A DNA stretch of 64,000 nt from the human T2T-CHM13v2.0 reference genome, Homo sapiens. The position numbers were made by a program, and so were the translations under genes. This document shows positions 45,838 through 58,700 of the stretch, one piece after another (within the stretch, counting starts at the first letter, position 1; each line of letters opens with the position of its first letter). The notes beneath the pieces were generated by a model. The model searched no databases, was not told the origin of the DNA, and saw nothing but the letters and a program-made list of their open reading frames with translations. The stretch is taken from NCBI RefSeq assembly GCF_009914755.1, contig NC_060940.1, one strand, 5' to 3'.

Positions 45838-48800
45838 TCAAGTGCATTCGATGATATCATTCGATTCCATTTGATGATAATTCCATTTGATTCCATGCGA
45901 TGATTCTATTCGATTCCATTCAATGATAATTCCATCCAATTCAGTGATTCCTCTGGACTCCATTTGATGATGATTCCATTCAATGATTCCATTCGATTCT
46001 ATTCCAAAATGATTCCATTTGAATCCATTTGATGATGATTCCATTAGATTCCATTTGATGATTCCATTCGATTCCATTTGACGATGATTCCATTCGATTC
46101 CATTTGATGATTCCATTCTATTCTATTCGATGATGATTCCATTCGATTCCATTTGATGATGATTGGATTCGATTCCATTTGATGATTTCATTTGATTCCA
46201 TTCGTTAATGATTTCGATCAACTCCATTCGATGATTCCATTTGATTCCATTCGATAATGATTACATCCGAGTCCATTCGATGATTCCATTTGAGCCCGTT
46301 CGATAATTCCATTTGAGTCCAATCAATGATTCCATTCATTTCCATTCAATGATTCCATTCGAGTCCATTTGATCATTCTGGTAGGGTCCGTTCGATGTTG
46401 ATTCCATTGGAGTGCATTCGATGATTCCATTCGAGTCCATTTTATGATTTGATTCGAGTCCTTTCGATGATTCCATTCGATTCCACTCGATGATGATTTC
46501 ATTCGAGTCCATTCGACACTTCCAATCGATTCCATTTGATGTTTCCATTCGAGTCCAATTGATGATTCCATTCAATTCCATTCGATGATGATTCCGTACG
46601 ATTCCATTCTGTGATGATTCCATGTGATTGCATTCAATGATGATTCCTTTCGATTGCATTCGATTATGATTCATTTCGTGTTCATTCTATGGTTCCACAG
46701 GTTTCCATTCGATGACGTTTCCGTTCGTGTCCATTCCATTATTCCATTCTATTTCATTTGATGATGATTCCATTCGATTCCATTCATTGGTGATTCCACT
46801 CAATTCCATTCAATGATTCCATTCCATTTCTTTCAACAATGATTCCATTAGTTTCTATTCGATGATCCACTTGATTCCATTTGGCGATGATTCCATTCGT
46901 GTCCATTCGATGATTCCATTTGATTCCATATGATGATGATTCCATTCGATTCCATACCATGATGATTCCATTCGAGTCCATTCAATGGTGATTCCATTCA
47001 ATTCCATTCGATGATTCCTTCCGATTCCATTCGATGATGATGGCATTCGATTCCTTTCAATCATTCCCTTTGATTCCATTCAAAGGTGATTTCATTCAAG
47101 TCCATTCGATAATTGCATTCGATTCCATTCTATGATGATTCCATTCGAGTCCATTTGATGATTCCATTCAATTCAAGTCAATGATGATTCCATTCGATTC
47201 CACTCGATGATTCCATTGGATTCCATTCGATGATGATTCCATTCAAATCCATTCGATAATTCAATTCAAGTCCATTCGATGATGATTCCAATCGAATCCA
47301 TTCAAAGATTCCATTCAATTCCATTCGATGATGATTCCCTTAGATTCCATTCGATGATTCCACTTGATTCCATTTACGATGATTCCATTCGATTCCATGT
47401 GATGAATCCATTCAATTCTATTCAATGATGTTTCCATTTGATTCCATTGGACCATGATTGCCTTTGATTCCATTCAATGATTCCATTCGGTTCCATTTGA
47501 TGATGATTCCGTTCGATTCCATTTCATTATTCCATTTGATTCCATTGGATGAGTCCATTCGATTACATTCGATGATTATTCCATTCGAGTGCATTAGATG
47601 ATTGCATTCGAGTCCATTTGATGATTCCATTCGATTCCATTCGATGTTGATTCTGTTCAAATCCATTCGATGATTCCACTCGATTCCATTCGATGACTCC
47701 ATTTGATCCCATTCGATGATTTCCTGTGATTCCCTTTGATGATCATTCTATTTGATTCAATTCGGTGATTTCATTTCATTCCATTCAGTGATGTTTCCAT
47801 TCGACTGTATTCGATGATGATTCCATTCGACTCCATTCGATTATGATTTCATTCAATTCCATTCAATAATGATTCCCTTCGAGTCCATTCGATGATTCCA
47901 TTCGATTCCATTCAACGATGATTTGATTCGTTTCCATTCGATGATTCCATTTGATTCCACTTGATGATGATTCCATTCGAGTCTATTTATGTATTATATT
48001 CGTGTCCACTTCATGATTCCATTCAATTCCATTTAATGTTGATTCCATTTGATTCCATTTGATGATTCAGTTCGATTCCTTGCAATGATTCCCTACGATT
48101 CCTTTCTATGAGGATTCCATTAGATTCCATTCATTTATGATTTCATTCGACTCCATTCGATGATGATTCCTTTCGATTCCATTTGACGATGTTTCCATTC
48201 GAGTCCATTCGATGATGATTCTATTCAATTCTGTTCTATTATGATTCCATTCGATTTCATTCAATGCTTCTATTTGATTCCATTCGATGATGATTCCATC
48301 TCTTTCCCTTCGATGATTCCATTTGATTCCATTCAGTGATGATTCCATTTGATTCCATCTGATGATGATTTCACTTGATTCCTTTCAATGATGATTCAAT
48401 TCAAGTCCATTCGATGATTCCATTGGAGTCCAAACGATCATTCCGTTCGATTCCATTCAATGGTGATTCCATTCATGTCCATTCGATGAATCCATTCAAT
48501 TCCATTCGATGATGACTCCATTCGAGTACATTCGATGATTCCATTTGATTCCATTTGAAGATGATTCCATTCAATTCCATTCGAAGATGATTCCATTCAA
48601 TTCCATTCGATGATGATTCCGTATGAATCCATTCTCTGATTATTCCATTTGATTCCATTCATTGACGATTCCATTCAATTCCATTCAATGATGATTCTCT
48701 TCTATTCCATTCGATGATTCCGGTCGATTCCATTCGATGATGATTCCATTAGATTCCATTCGATTGTTGCATTCGATTCCCTTCGATGATGATTCCTTTG

Positions 48801-49928
48801 AATTCCATTCGATTATCATTCCGTATGAATCCATTTGATGATTATTCCATTGGATTCCTTTCGATGATGATTCCATTCGATTCCATTTGATGATGTTTCT
48901 CTTGTATTCCATTGGATAATTCCTTTCAGTTCCCTTCGATGATTATTCTTTCGAGTCAATTCGATGATTCTATTCCATTCCCTTCGATGATGATTCCATT
49001 TCACTCCATTGGATGATTCCATTCGACTCAATTTGGTGATGATTCAATTCGATGACATTCGATGACTCCATTCAATTTCATTTGATGATGATTACATTCG
49101 AGTCCATTTGATGATTGTATTCCTTTCCTTTTGATGATTATTCCATTCGTGTCTATTCAAAGAATCCATTCTATTCCATTCAATGATGATTGCATTTGAT
49201 TCCATTCAATGAATATGGCTATCGATTCCACTCGTTGATTCCATTTGATTCCGTTCGATGATTATTCCGTTAGATTCCATTAGAAGATTCCATTCGATTT
49301 TATTCAATGATTCCAATGGATTCCATTCAATGATGATTCCATTCGACTCCATTCAGTGATTCCATTCGAGTCCATTTGATGATTCCATTCTTTTCCATTT
49401 GATGATGATTCCATTAGGGTCCATTCAATGATTCCATTCGAGTCCATTCGTTAATGCCTTTCGAGTCCTTTTGATCACTACATTCGAGTCCATTCAATGA
49501 TTCTATTCGATTTCATTCCATGATGATTCCATTCGAGTTCATTCGATGATTGCATTCGAGTCCATTTGATGATTCCATATGATTCCATTCGTGTCCATTT
49601 GATGATTCCATTCATTTCCTATCGATGAAGATTCCATTCAAGGGTATTCGATGATTCCATTCAAATCCATTCGATGATGATTCCATTCCAGTCCATTCGA
49701 TCATTCCACTTGATTCCATTTGATGACTATTCCATTCAAATCCATTTGATGATTCCATTCGATTCCATTCGATGTTACCATTCGAGTATATACGATGATT
49801 CCACTCGATTCCATTTGATGATTATTCCATTGGAGTCCACTTAGTGAATCCTTTAGATTCTACTCGAAGATGATTCCATTCGAGTCCATTCGATGATACC
49901 ATTCAATTCCATTCGTTGATGCTTCCAT
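45838..49928 (+). repeat. HOR unit 9, 4091 bp, variant in which ~3.8 kb of canonical sequence is replaced by ~1.8 kb of non-canonical HSat2
   Basis: Spacing 4091. Canonical to ~47983, and rejoins the canonical unit at ~49794 (gatgattccactcgattccatttgatgattattccattggagtccacttagtg). Confidence 0.9.
47984..49793 (+). repeat. Non-canonical, more degenerate HSat2 segment, long copy (~1.8 kb)
   Basis: The first ~0.9 kb matches 14521-15422. The distal ~0.9 kb (gtttctcttgtattcc, gaatatggctatcg, cattagggtcc, caagggtattcg, gagtatatacg) is single-copy in the window by eye. Confidence 0.9.
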
Positions 49929-52900
49929 TCAAGTGCATTCGATGATATCATTCGATTCCATTTGATGATAATTCCATTTGATTCCATGCGATGATTCTAT
50001 TCGATTCCATTCAATGATAATTCCATTCAATTCAGTGATTCCTCTGGACTCCATTTGATGATGATTCCATTCAATGATTCCATTCGATTCTATTCCAAAA
50101 TGATTCCATTTGAATCCATTTGATGATGATTCCATTGGATTCCATTTGATGATTCCATTCGATTCCATTCGATGATGATTCCATTCGATTCCATTTGATG
50201 ATTCCATTCTATTCTATTCGATGATGATTCCATTCGATTCCATTCGATGATGATTGGATTCGATTCCATTTGATTCCATTCGATAATGATTTCGATCAAT
50301 TCCATTCGATGATTCCATTCGATTCCATTCGATAATGATTACATCCGAGTCCATTCGATGATTCCATTTGAGCCCGTTCGATAATTCCATTTGAGTCCAA
50401 TCAATGATTCCATTCATTTCCATTCAATGATTCCATTCGACTCCATTTGATCATTCCGGTAGGGTCCGTTCGATGTTGATTCCATTGGAGTGCATTCGAT
50501 GATTCCATTCGAGTCCATTTTAGGATTTGATTCGAGTCCTTTCGATGATTCCATTCGATTCCACTCGATGATTTCATTCGAGTCCATTCGACACTTCCAA
50601 TCGATTCCATTTGATGTTTCCATTCGATTCCAATTGATGATTCCATTCAATTCCATTCGATGATGATTCCGTACGATTCCATTCTGTGATGATTCCATGT
50701 GATTGCAATCAATGATGATTCCTTTCGATTGCATTCGATTATGATTCATTTCGTGTTCATTCTATGGTTCCACAGGTTTCCATTCGATGATGTTTCCATT
50801 CGTTTCCATTCCATTATTAGATTCTATTCCATTTGAAGATGATTCCATTCGATTCCATTCATTGGTGATTCCACTCAATTCCATTCAATGATTCCATTCC
50901 ATTTCTTTCAACAATGATTCCATTAGTTTCTATTCGATGATCCACTGGATTCCATTTGACGATGATTCCATTCGTGTCCATTCGATGATTCCATTTGATT
51001 CCATATGATGATGATTCCATTCGATTCCATACGATGATGATTCCATTCGAGTCCATTCAATGGTGATTCCATTCAATTCCATTCGATGATTCCTTTCGAT
51101 TCCATTCAATGATGATGGCATTCGATTCCTTTCGATCATTCCCTTTGATTCCATTCAAATGTGATTTCATTCAAGTCCATTCGATAATTGCATTCGATTC
51201 CATTCTATGATGATTCCATTCGAGTCCATTTGATGATTCCATTCAATTCAAGTCAATGATGATTCCATTCGATTCCACTCGATGATTCCATTGGATTCCA
51301 TTCGATGATGATTCCATTCAAATCCATTCGATAATTCAATTCAAGTCCATTCGATGATGATTCCAATCGAATCCATTCAAAGATTCCACTCAATTCCATT
51401 CGATGATGATTCCCTTAGATTCCATTCGATGATTCCACTTGATTCCATTTACGATGATTCCATTCGATTCCATGTGATGATTCCATTCAATTCTATTCAA
51501 TGATGTTTCCACTTGATTCCATTCGAACATGATTGCCTTTGATTCCATTCAATGATTCCATACGGTTCCATTTGATGATGATTCCATTCGAGTGCATTAG
51601 ATGATTCCATTCGAGTCCATTCGATGATTCCATTCGATTCCATTCGATGTTGATTCTGTTCAAATCCACTCGATGATTCCACTCGATTCCATTCGATGAC
51701 TCCATTTGATCCCATTCGATGATTTCCTTTGATTCCCTTTGATGATCATTCCATTTGATTCAATTCAGTGATTTCATTTGATTCCATTCAGTGATGTTTC
51801 CATTCAACTCCTTTCGATGATGATTCCATTCGACTCCATTCGATTATGATTTCATTCAATTCCATTCGATAATGATTCCCTTCAAGTCCATTCGATGATT
51901 CCATTCGATTCCATTCAACGATGATTTGATTCGTGTCCATTCGATGATTCCATTTGATTCCATTTGATGATGATTCCATTCGAGTCCCTTTCATGATTCC
52001 ATTCAATACCATTCTCCGATGATTTCTTTTGAGCCCATTCAATGCTTCCACTCGATTCCATATGATGATGACTCCATTTGATGAAATTCCATGATGATTC
52101 CATTCGCTTGCATTCGATGATGATTCCACTTGAGTCCGTTAGAAGATTCTATTCAATTACATTCCATGACGATTCTGTTCGAGTCCATTTGATGATTCCA
52201 TTAGACTCCATTCGACGATGATTCCATTCGATGTTATTCGATGATGATTCCATTCAACTCCATTCGATGTTTCCATTCGAGTTCATTCTATTATTCCATT
52301 AGATTCCATTCGATGATGATTCCATTCGATTCCATTTGATGATTGCATTCTATTTCATTTGATGATGATTCCATTCGAGTCCATTCGATGATTCCATTCG
52401 AGTCCATTTAATGAATCCATTGGTTTCAATTCTATGATGATTACATTGGATTCCATACGTTGATGATTTCATTCGATTCCATTCAATGATGATTCCATTC
52501 AATTCCATTCAATGATTCCATTCAATTCCATACGATGATGATTCCATTTGATTTGATTCGACAGTGAGCCATTCGATTCAATTCCATGATGATTCTATTT
52601 GATTCAATTCGTTGACATTTCCATTCGATTCCATTCGATGATGATTCCATTTGATTCCATTCAAAGATGATTCCATTCTAGCCCATTCAATCATTCCATT
52701 CGATTCTATTCAATGATGATTCCATTCATGTCGATTTGGTGATTCCATTTGACTTCATTTGATGATGATTCCTTTCAAGTTCATTAGATGATTCCATTCG
52801 ATTCCATTTGATGATGATCCCATTCGAGTCCATTCAGTGATTCCACTCGTTTCCATTCCATGATGATTCCATTCCATTCCATTCAATGATTCCATTCGAT

Positions 52901-55768
52901 TCCGTTTGATGATGATTTCATTCGAGTCCATTTGATGATTCCATTTGATTCCATTCGATGATGATTACATTCGAGTCCATACGATGATTCCACTCAATTC
53001 CATATGATGATGATTCCATTCGATTCCATTCGGTGATTCCATTCTATTCTATTCAATGTTGATTCCATTCGAGTACATTAGATGATTCCATTCGATTCCA
53101 TTCAATGATGATTCTATTTGTGTCCCTTAGATGGTTCCACATGATTCCATTTCATGATGATACTATTTGAGCCCATCCAATTATTCCCTTCGATTCCATT
53201 CGATGAGGATTCCATTCGATTCAATTCATTGGTGATTCTATTCAATTCAATTCTTTGATTCCATTCCATTCCATTCGACAATGATTCCATTCGATTTCTT
53301 TCGATGATTCCACTCGATTCCACTTGACATTGATTCCATTCGATTCCATTCAATGATTCCGTTTGATTCCAGTGGATGATGATTGCCATCGATTCCATTC
53401 GATCACTCCATTCTATTCCATTTGATGATGATTACATTCGATTCCATTTGATGATTCCATCTGATTCTATTCGAGGATTCCATTTGATTCCATTCGATGA
53501 TGATTCCATTCGAGTGCATTCGATGATTTCATTCGAGTACATCCAATGATTCCATTCGAGTCCATTTGATGATTCCATTTGATTCCATTTGATTATGATT
53601 CTACTAGAGTCCATTCAATGACTCCATTCGAATCCATTCAACAATTCCATTCGAGGCCATTCGATGATTCCATTTCATGATTCCATTCGAGTCCATTTAA
53701 TCATTACAGTCGAGTCCATTTGGTGATTCCACTGGATTTCTTTTGATAATGATACCATTCAGTTACATTTGATGATGATCCCATTCAATTTCATTTGATG
53801 GTGATTCCATTAGAGTCCATTCGATGATTTCATTCGAGTCCCTTCATTGATTCCATCCGATTTCATTGGATGATGACTCCATTCGAGTCCATTCGATGAT
53901 TCCACTCGATTCCATTAGATGATTCCATTGGAGTCCATTTGATTGTTCCATTCGATTCTATTCGATTCCTTTCGAAGATTATTCCATTTGAGTCCATTCG
54001 ATGATGATTCCATTCCATTCCATTCCATGATTCCGTTTGATTCCATTCGATGATTCCCTTCGATTCCTTTCTTTGATGATTCCATTCCATTCCATTCAAT
54101 GATTCCATTCGAATCTATTCCATGATGATTCCTTTCGATTCCATTCGCTGATGTTTCCGTTCAATTCCATTCGATGATGATTCCATTCGATTCCATTCAT
54201 TGAGGATTCCATTTGATTCCATTCAATGATGATTCCATTCTATTCCATTCAATGATTGCATTCAATTCCATTCAATGATTATCCCATTAGAGTAAACTCA
54301 ACGATTCCATTCAATACCATTCGATGATGATTCCTTTTGAGTCCATTCAATGATTTCATTCAAGTCCATTTGATGATTCCTTTCAATTCCATTCTATGAT
54401 GATTCCATTCGAGTCCATTCGATGATTCCATTCGATTGCATTCGATGATTCCATTATATTCCATTCAACGATGATTCCATTCGAGTCCATTCGATGATTC
54501 CATTAGAGTACATTTAATGATTGCTTTGTTTTCAATTCGAAGATGATTACATTGGATTCCATTCTATGATACCATTCGATTCCATTCAATGATGATTCCA
54601 CTCAAATCCATTGGATGATTCCATTCGTGTCCATTCGGTGATTTCATTAGATTCCATTCGAGGATGATTCCATTTGATTCCATTCGATGATTCCATTCAA
54701 TTCCATTCGATGATGATTCCATTCCAGTCCATATGATCATTCCATTTGATTTCATTCGATGATGATTCCATTCGATTCCATTCGATGATTCCATTCTATT
54801 CCATTCGATGATGATTCCATTCGAGTCCATTCGATGATTCCATTCGAGTCCATTTAATGATTCCATTGGGTTCAATTCAATGATGATTACATTGGATTCC
54901 GTTCTATGATTCCATTCAATTCCGTTCATTGACAATTTGATTCCATTCGATGATGATTCCATTTGAGTTCATTCGATGATTCTATTCGATTCTCTTCGAT
55001 GGTGATTCAATTCTATTATATTGGATGATTCCATTCGATTCCATTTGATGTTTATTCAATTCGATTCTATTCGATGATGATTCCATTGGATTTCACTTGA
55101 TGATTCTATTCGATTCCATTCAATGATGATTCACTTCTCGTCCATTGGATGATTCCATTTCATTCCATTCGATGATGATTCCATTCGATTCCATTCGATG
55201 ATTCCATTTGATTCCATGCGTCGGTGAGCAATTCGATTCAATTCCATGATGATTCTATTTGATTCAATTAGATGATGTTTCCATTCGAATCCATTCCATG
55301 ATTATTCCATTGGAATCCATTCGGCGATGATTCCATATGAGTCAATTCAATGATGATTCCATATGGGTCCGTTCGATGATAATTCCATTTGATTTCATTC
55401 AGTGCTTCTATTCAATTCCAGTCGATGATGATTCCGTTGGTGTCCATACGATGATTCCATTTGATTTCATTTGATGATGATTCCATTCGATGATGATTAC
55501 ATTGGATTCCATTCTATGATTCCATTCAATTCCATTCGTTGATGATTCGATTCCATTCAATGATGATTCCATTTGAGTTCATTCGATGATTCTATTCGAT
55601 TCCGTTCGATGGTGATTCAATTCTCTTATATTGGATGATTCCACTCGATTCCATTTGACGATAATTCCATTGGAGTCCACTTAGTGAATCCTTTAGATTC
55701 TACTCGAAGATGATTCCATTCGAGTCCATTCGATGATACCATTCAATTTCATTCGTTGATGCTTCCAT
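49929..55768 (+). repeat. HOR unit 10, 5840 bp, indel-rich diverged unit
   Basis: Spacing 5840; visible indels -13, -3, +16, +3, -72, -23, -170 and -10 sum to -272. Confidence 0.9.
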
Positions 55769-58700
55769 TCAAGTGCATTCGATGATATCATTCGATTCCA
55801 TTTGATGATAATTCCATTTGATTCCATGCGATGATTCTATTCGATTCCATTCAACGACAATTCCATTCAATTCAGTGATTCCTCTGGACTCCATTTGATG
55901 ATGATTCCATTCAATGATTCCATTCGATTCTATTCGAAAATGATTCCATTTGAATCCATTTGATGATGATTCCATTAGATTCCATTTGATGATTCCATTC
56001 GATTCCATTCAATGATGATTCCATTCGATTCCGTTTGATGATTCCATTCTATTCTATTCGATGATGATTCCATTCGATTCCATTCGATGATGATTGGATT
56101 CGATTCCATTTGATGATTTCATTTGATTCCATTCGTTAATGATTTCGATCAATTCCATTCGATGATTCCATTCGATTCCATTCGATAATGATTACATCCG
56201 AGTCCATTCGATGATTCCCTTTGAGCCTGTTCGATAATTCCATTTGAGTCCAACCAATGATTCCATTCATTTCCATTCAATGATTCCATTCGAGTCCATT
56301 TGATCATTCCGGTAGGGTCCATTCGATGTTGATTCCATTGGAGTGCATTCGATGATTCCATTCGAGTCCATTTTAGGATTTGATTCGAGTCCTTTCGATG
56401 ATTCCATTCGATTCCACTCGATGATGATTTCATTCGAGTCCATTCGACACTTCCAATCGATTCCATTTGATGATTCCATTCGAGTCCAATTGATGATTCC
56501 ATTCAATTCCATTCGATGATGATTCCGTACGATTCCATTCTGTGATGATTCCATGTGATTGCATTCAATGATGATTCCTTTCGATTGCATTCGATTATGA
56601 TTCATTTCGTGTTCATTCTATGGTTCCACAGGTTTCCATTCGTGTCCATTCCATTATTCCATTCTATTCCATTTGATGATGATTCCCTTCGATTCCATTC
56701 CTTGGTGATTCCACTCAATTCCATTCAATGATTCCATTCCATTTCTTTCAACAATGATTCCATTAGTTTCTAATCGATGATCCACTTGATTCCATTTGAC
56801 GACGATTCCATTCTTGTCCATTCGATGATTCCATTTGATTCCATATGATGATGATTCCATTCGATCCCATACCATGATGATTCCATTCGAGTCCATTCAA
56901 TGGTGATTCCATTCAATTCCATTCGATGATTCCTTTCGATTCCATTCGATGATGATGGCATTCGATTCCTTTCAATCATTCCCTTTGATTCCATTCAAAG
57001 GTGATTTCATTCAAGTCCATTCGATAATTGCATTCGATTCCATTCTATGATGATTCCATTCGAGTCCATTTGATGATTCCATTCAATTCAAGTCAATGAT
57101 GATTCCATTCGATTCCATTCGATGATTCCATTGGATTCCATTCGATGATGATTCCATTCAAATCCATTCGATAATTCAATTCAAGTTCATTCGATGATGA
57201 TTAAAATCGAATCCATTCAAAGATTCCATTCAGTTCCATTCGATGGTTCCTTAGATTCCATTCGATGATTCCACTTGATTCCATTTACGATGATTCCATT
57301 CGATTCCATGTGATGATTCCATTCAATTCTATTCAATGATGTCTCCATTTGATTCCATTCGACCATGATTGCCTTTGATTCCATTCAATGACTCCATTCG
57401 GTTCCTTTTGATGATGATTCCGTTCGATTCCATTTCATTATTCCATTTGATTCCATTGGATGAGTCCATTCGATTACATTCGATGATTATTCCATTCGAG
57501 TGCATTAGATGATTCCATTCGAGTCCATTCGATGATTCCATTCGATTCCATTCGATGTTGATTCTGTTCAAATCCATTCGATGATTCCACTCGATTCCAT
57601 TCGTTGACTCCATTTGATCCCATTCGATGATTTCCTTTGATTCCCTTTGATGATCATTCCATTTGATTCAATTCGGTGATTTCATTTGATTCCATTCAGT
57701 GATGTTTCCATTCGACTCCATTCGATGATGATTCCATTCGACTCCATTCGATTATGATTTCACTAAATTCCATTCAATAATGATTCCCTTCGAGTCCATT
57801 CGATGATTCCATTCGATTCCATTCAACGATGATTTGATTCGTGTCCATTCGATGATTCCATTTGATTCCACTTGATGATGATTCCATTCGAGTCCATTTG
57901 ATGATTCCATTCAATTCCATACTCCGATGATTTCTTTTGAGCCCACTCAATGCTTCCACTCGATTCCATATGATGATGACTCCATTCGATGAAATTCGAT
58001 GATGATTCCATTCGCTTGCTTTCGATGATGATTCCACTTGAGTCCGTTAGAAGATTCTATTCAATTACATTCCATGACGATTCCGTTCGAGTCCATTTGA
58101 TGATTCCATTAGACTCCATTCGACGATGATTCCATTCGATGTTATTCGATGATTCCATTCGATCTCATTCGATGATGATTCCATTCAACTCCATTCGATG
58201 TTTCCATTCGAGTTCATTCTATTATTCCATTAGATTCCATTCGATGATGATTCCATTCGATTCCATTTGATGATTGCATTCTATTTCATTTGATGATGAT
58301 TCCATTCGAGTCCACTCGATGATTCCATTCGAGTCCATTTAATGAATCCATTGGTTTCAATTCTATGATGATTACATTGGATTCCATTCGTTGATGATTT
58401 CATTCGGTTCCATTCCATGATGATTCCATTCCTTTCCATTCAATGATTCCATTCGATTCCGTTTGATGATGATTTCATTCGAGTCCATTTGATGATTCCA
58501 TTTGATTTCTTTCGATGATGATTCCATTCGAGTCCATTCGATGATTCTATTCGAATCCATTTGATGATTTCTTTTGATTATATTTGGTGATGATTCCATT
58601 GGAGTCCGTTCAATGATTCCATTCTATTCCAATCGATGATGATTCCATTAGAGTCCATTTAATGATTCCATTTGATTCCAGTCTCTGATGATTACATTCG

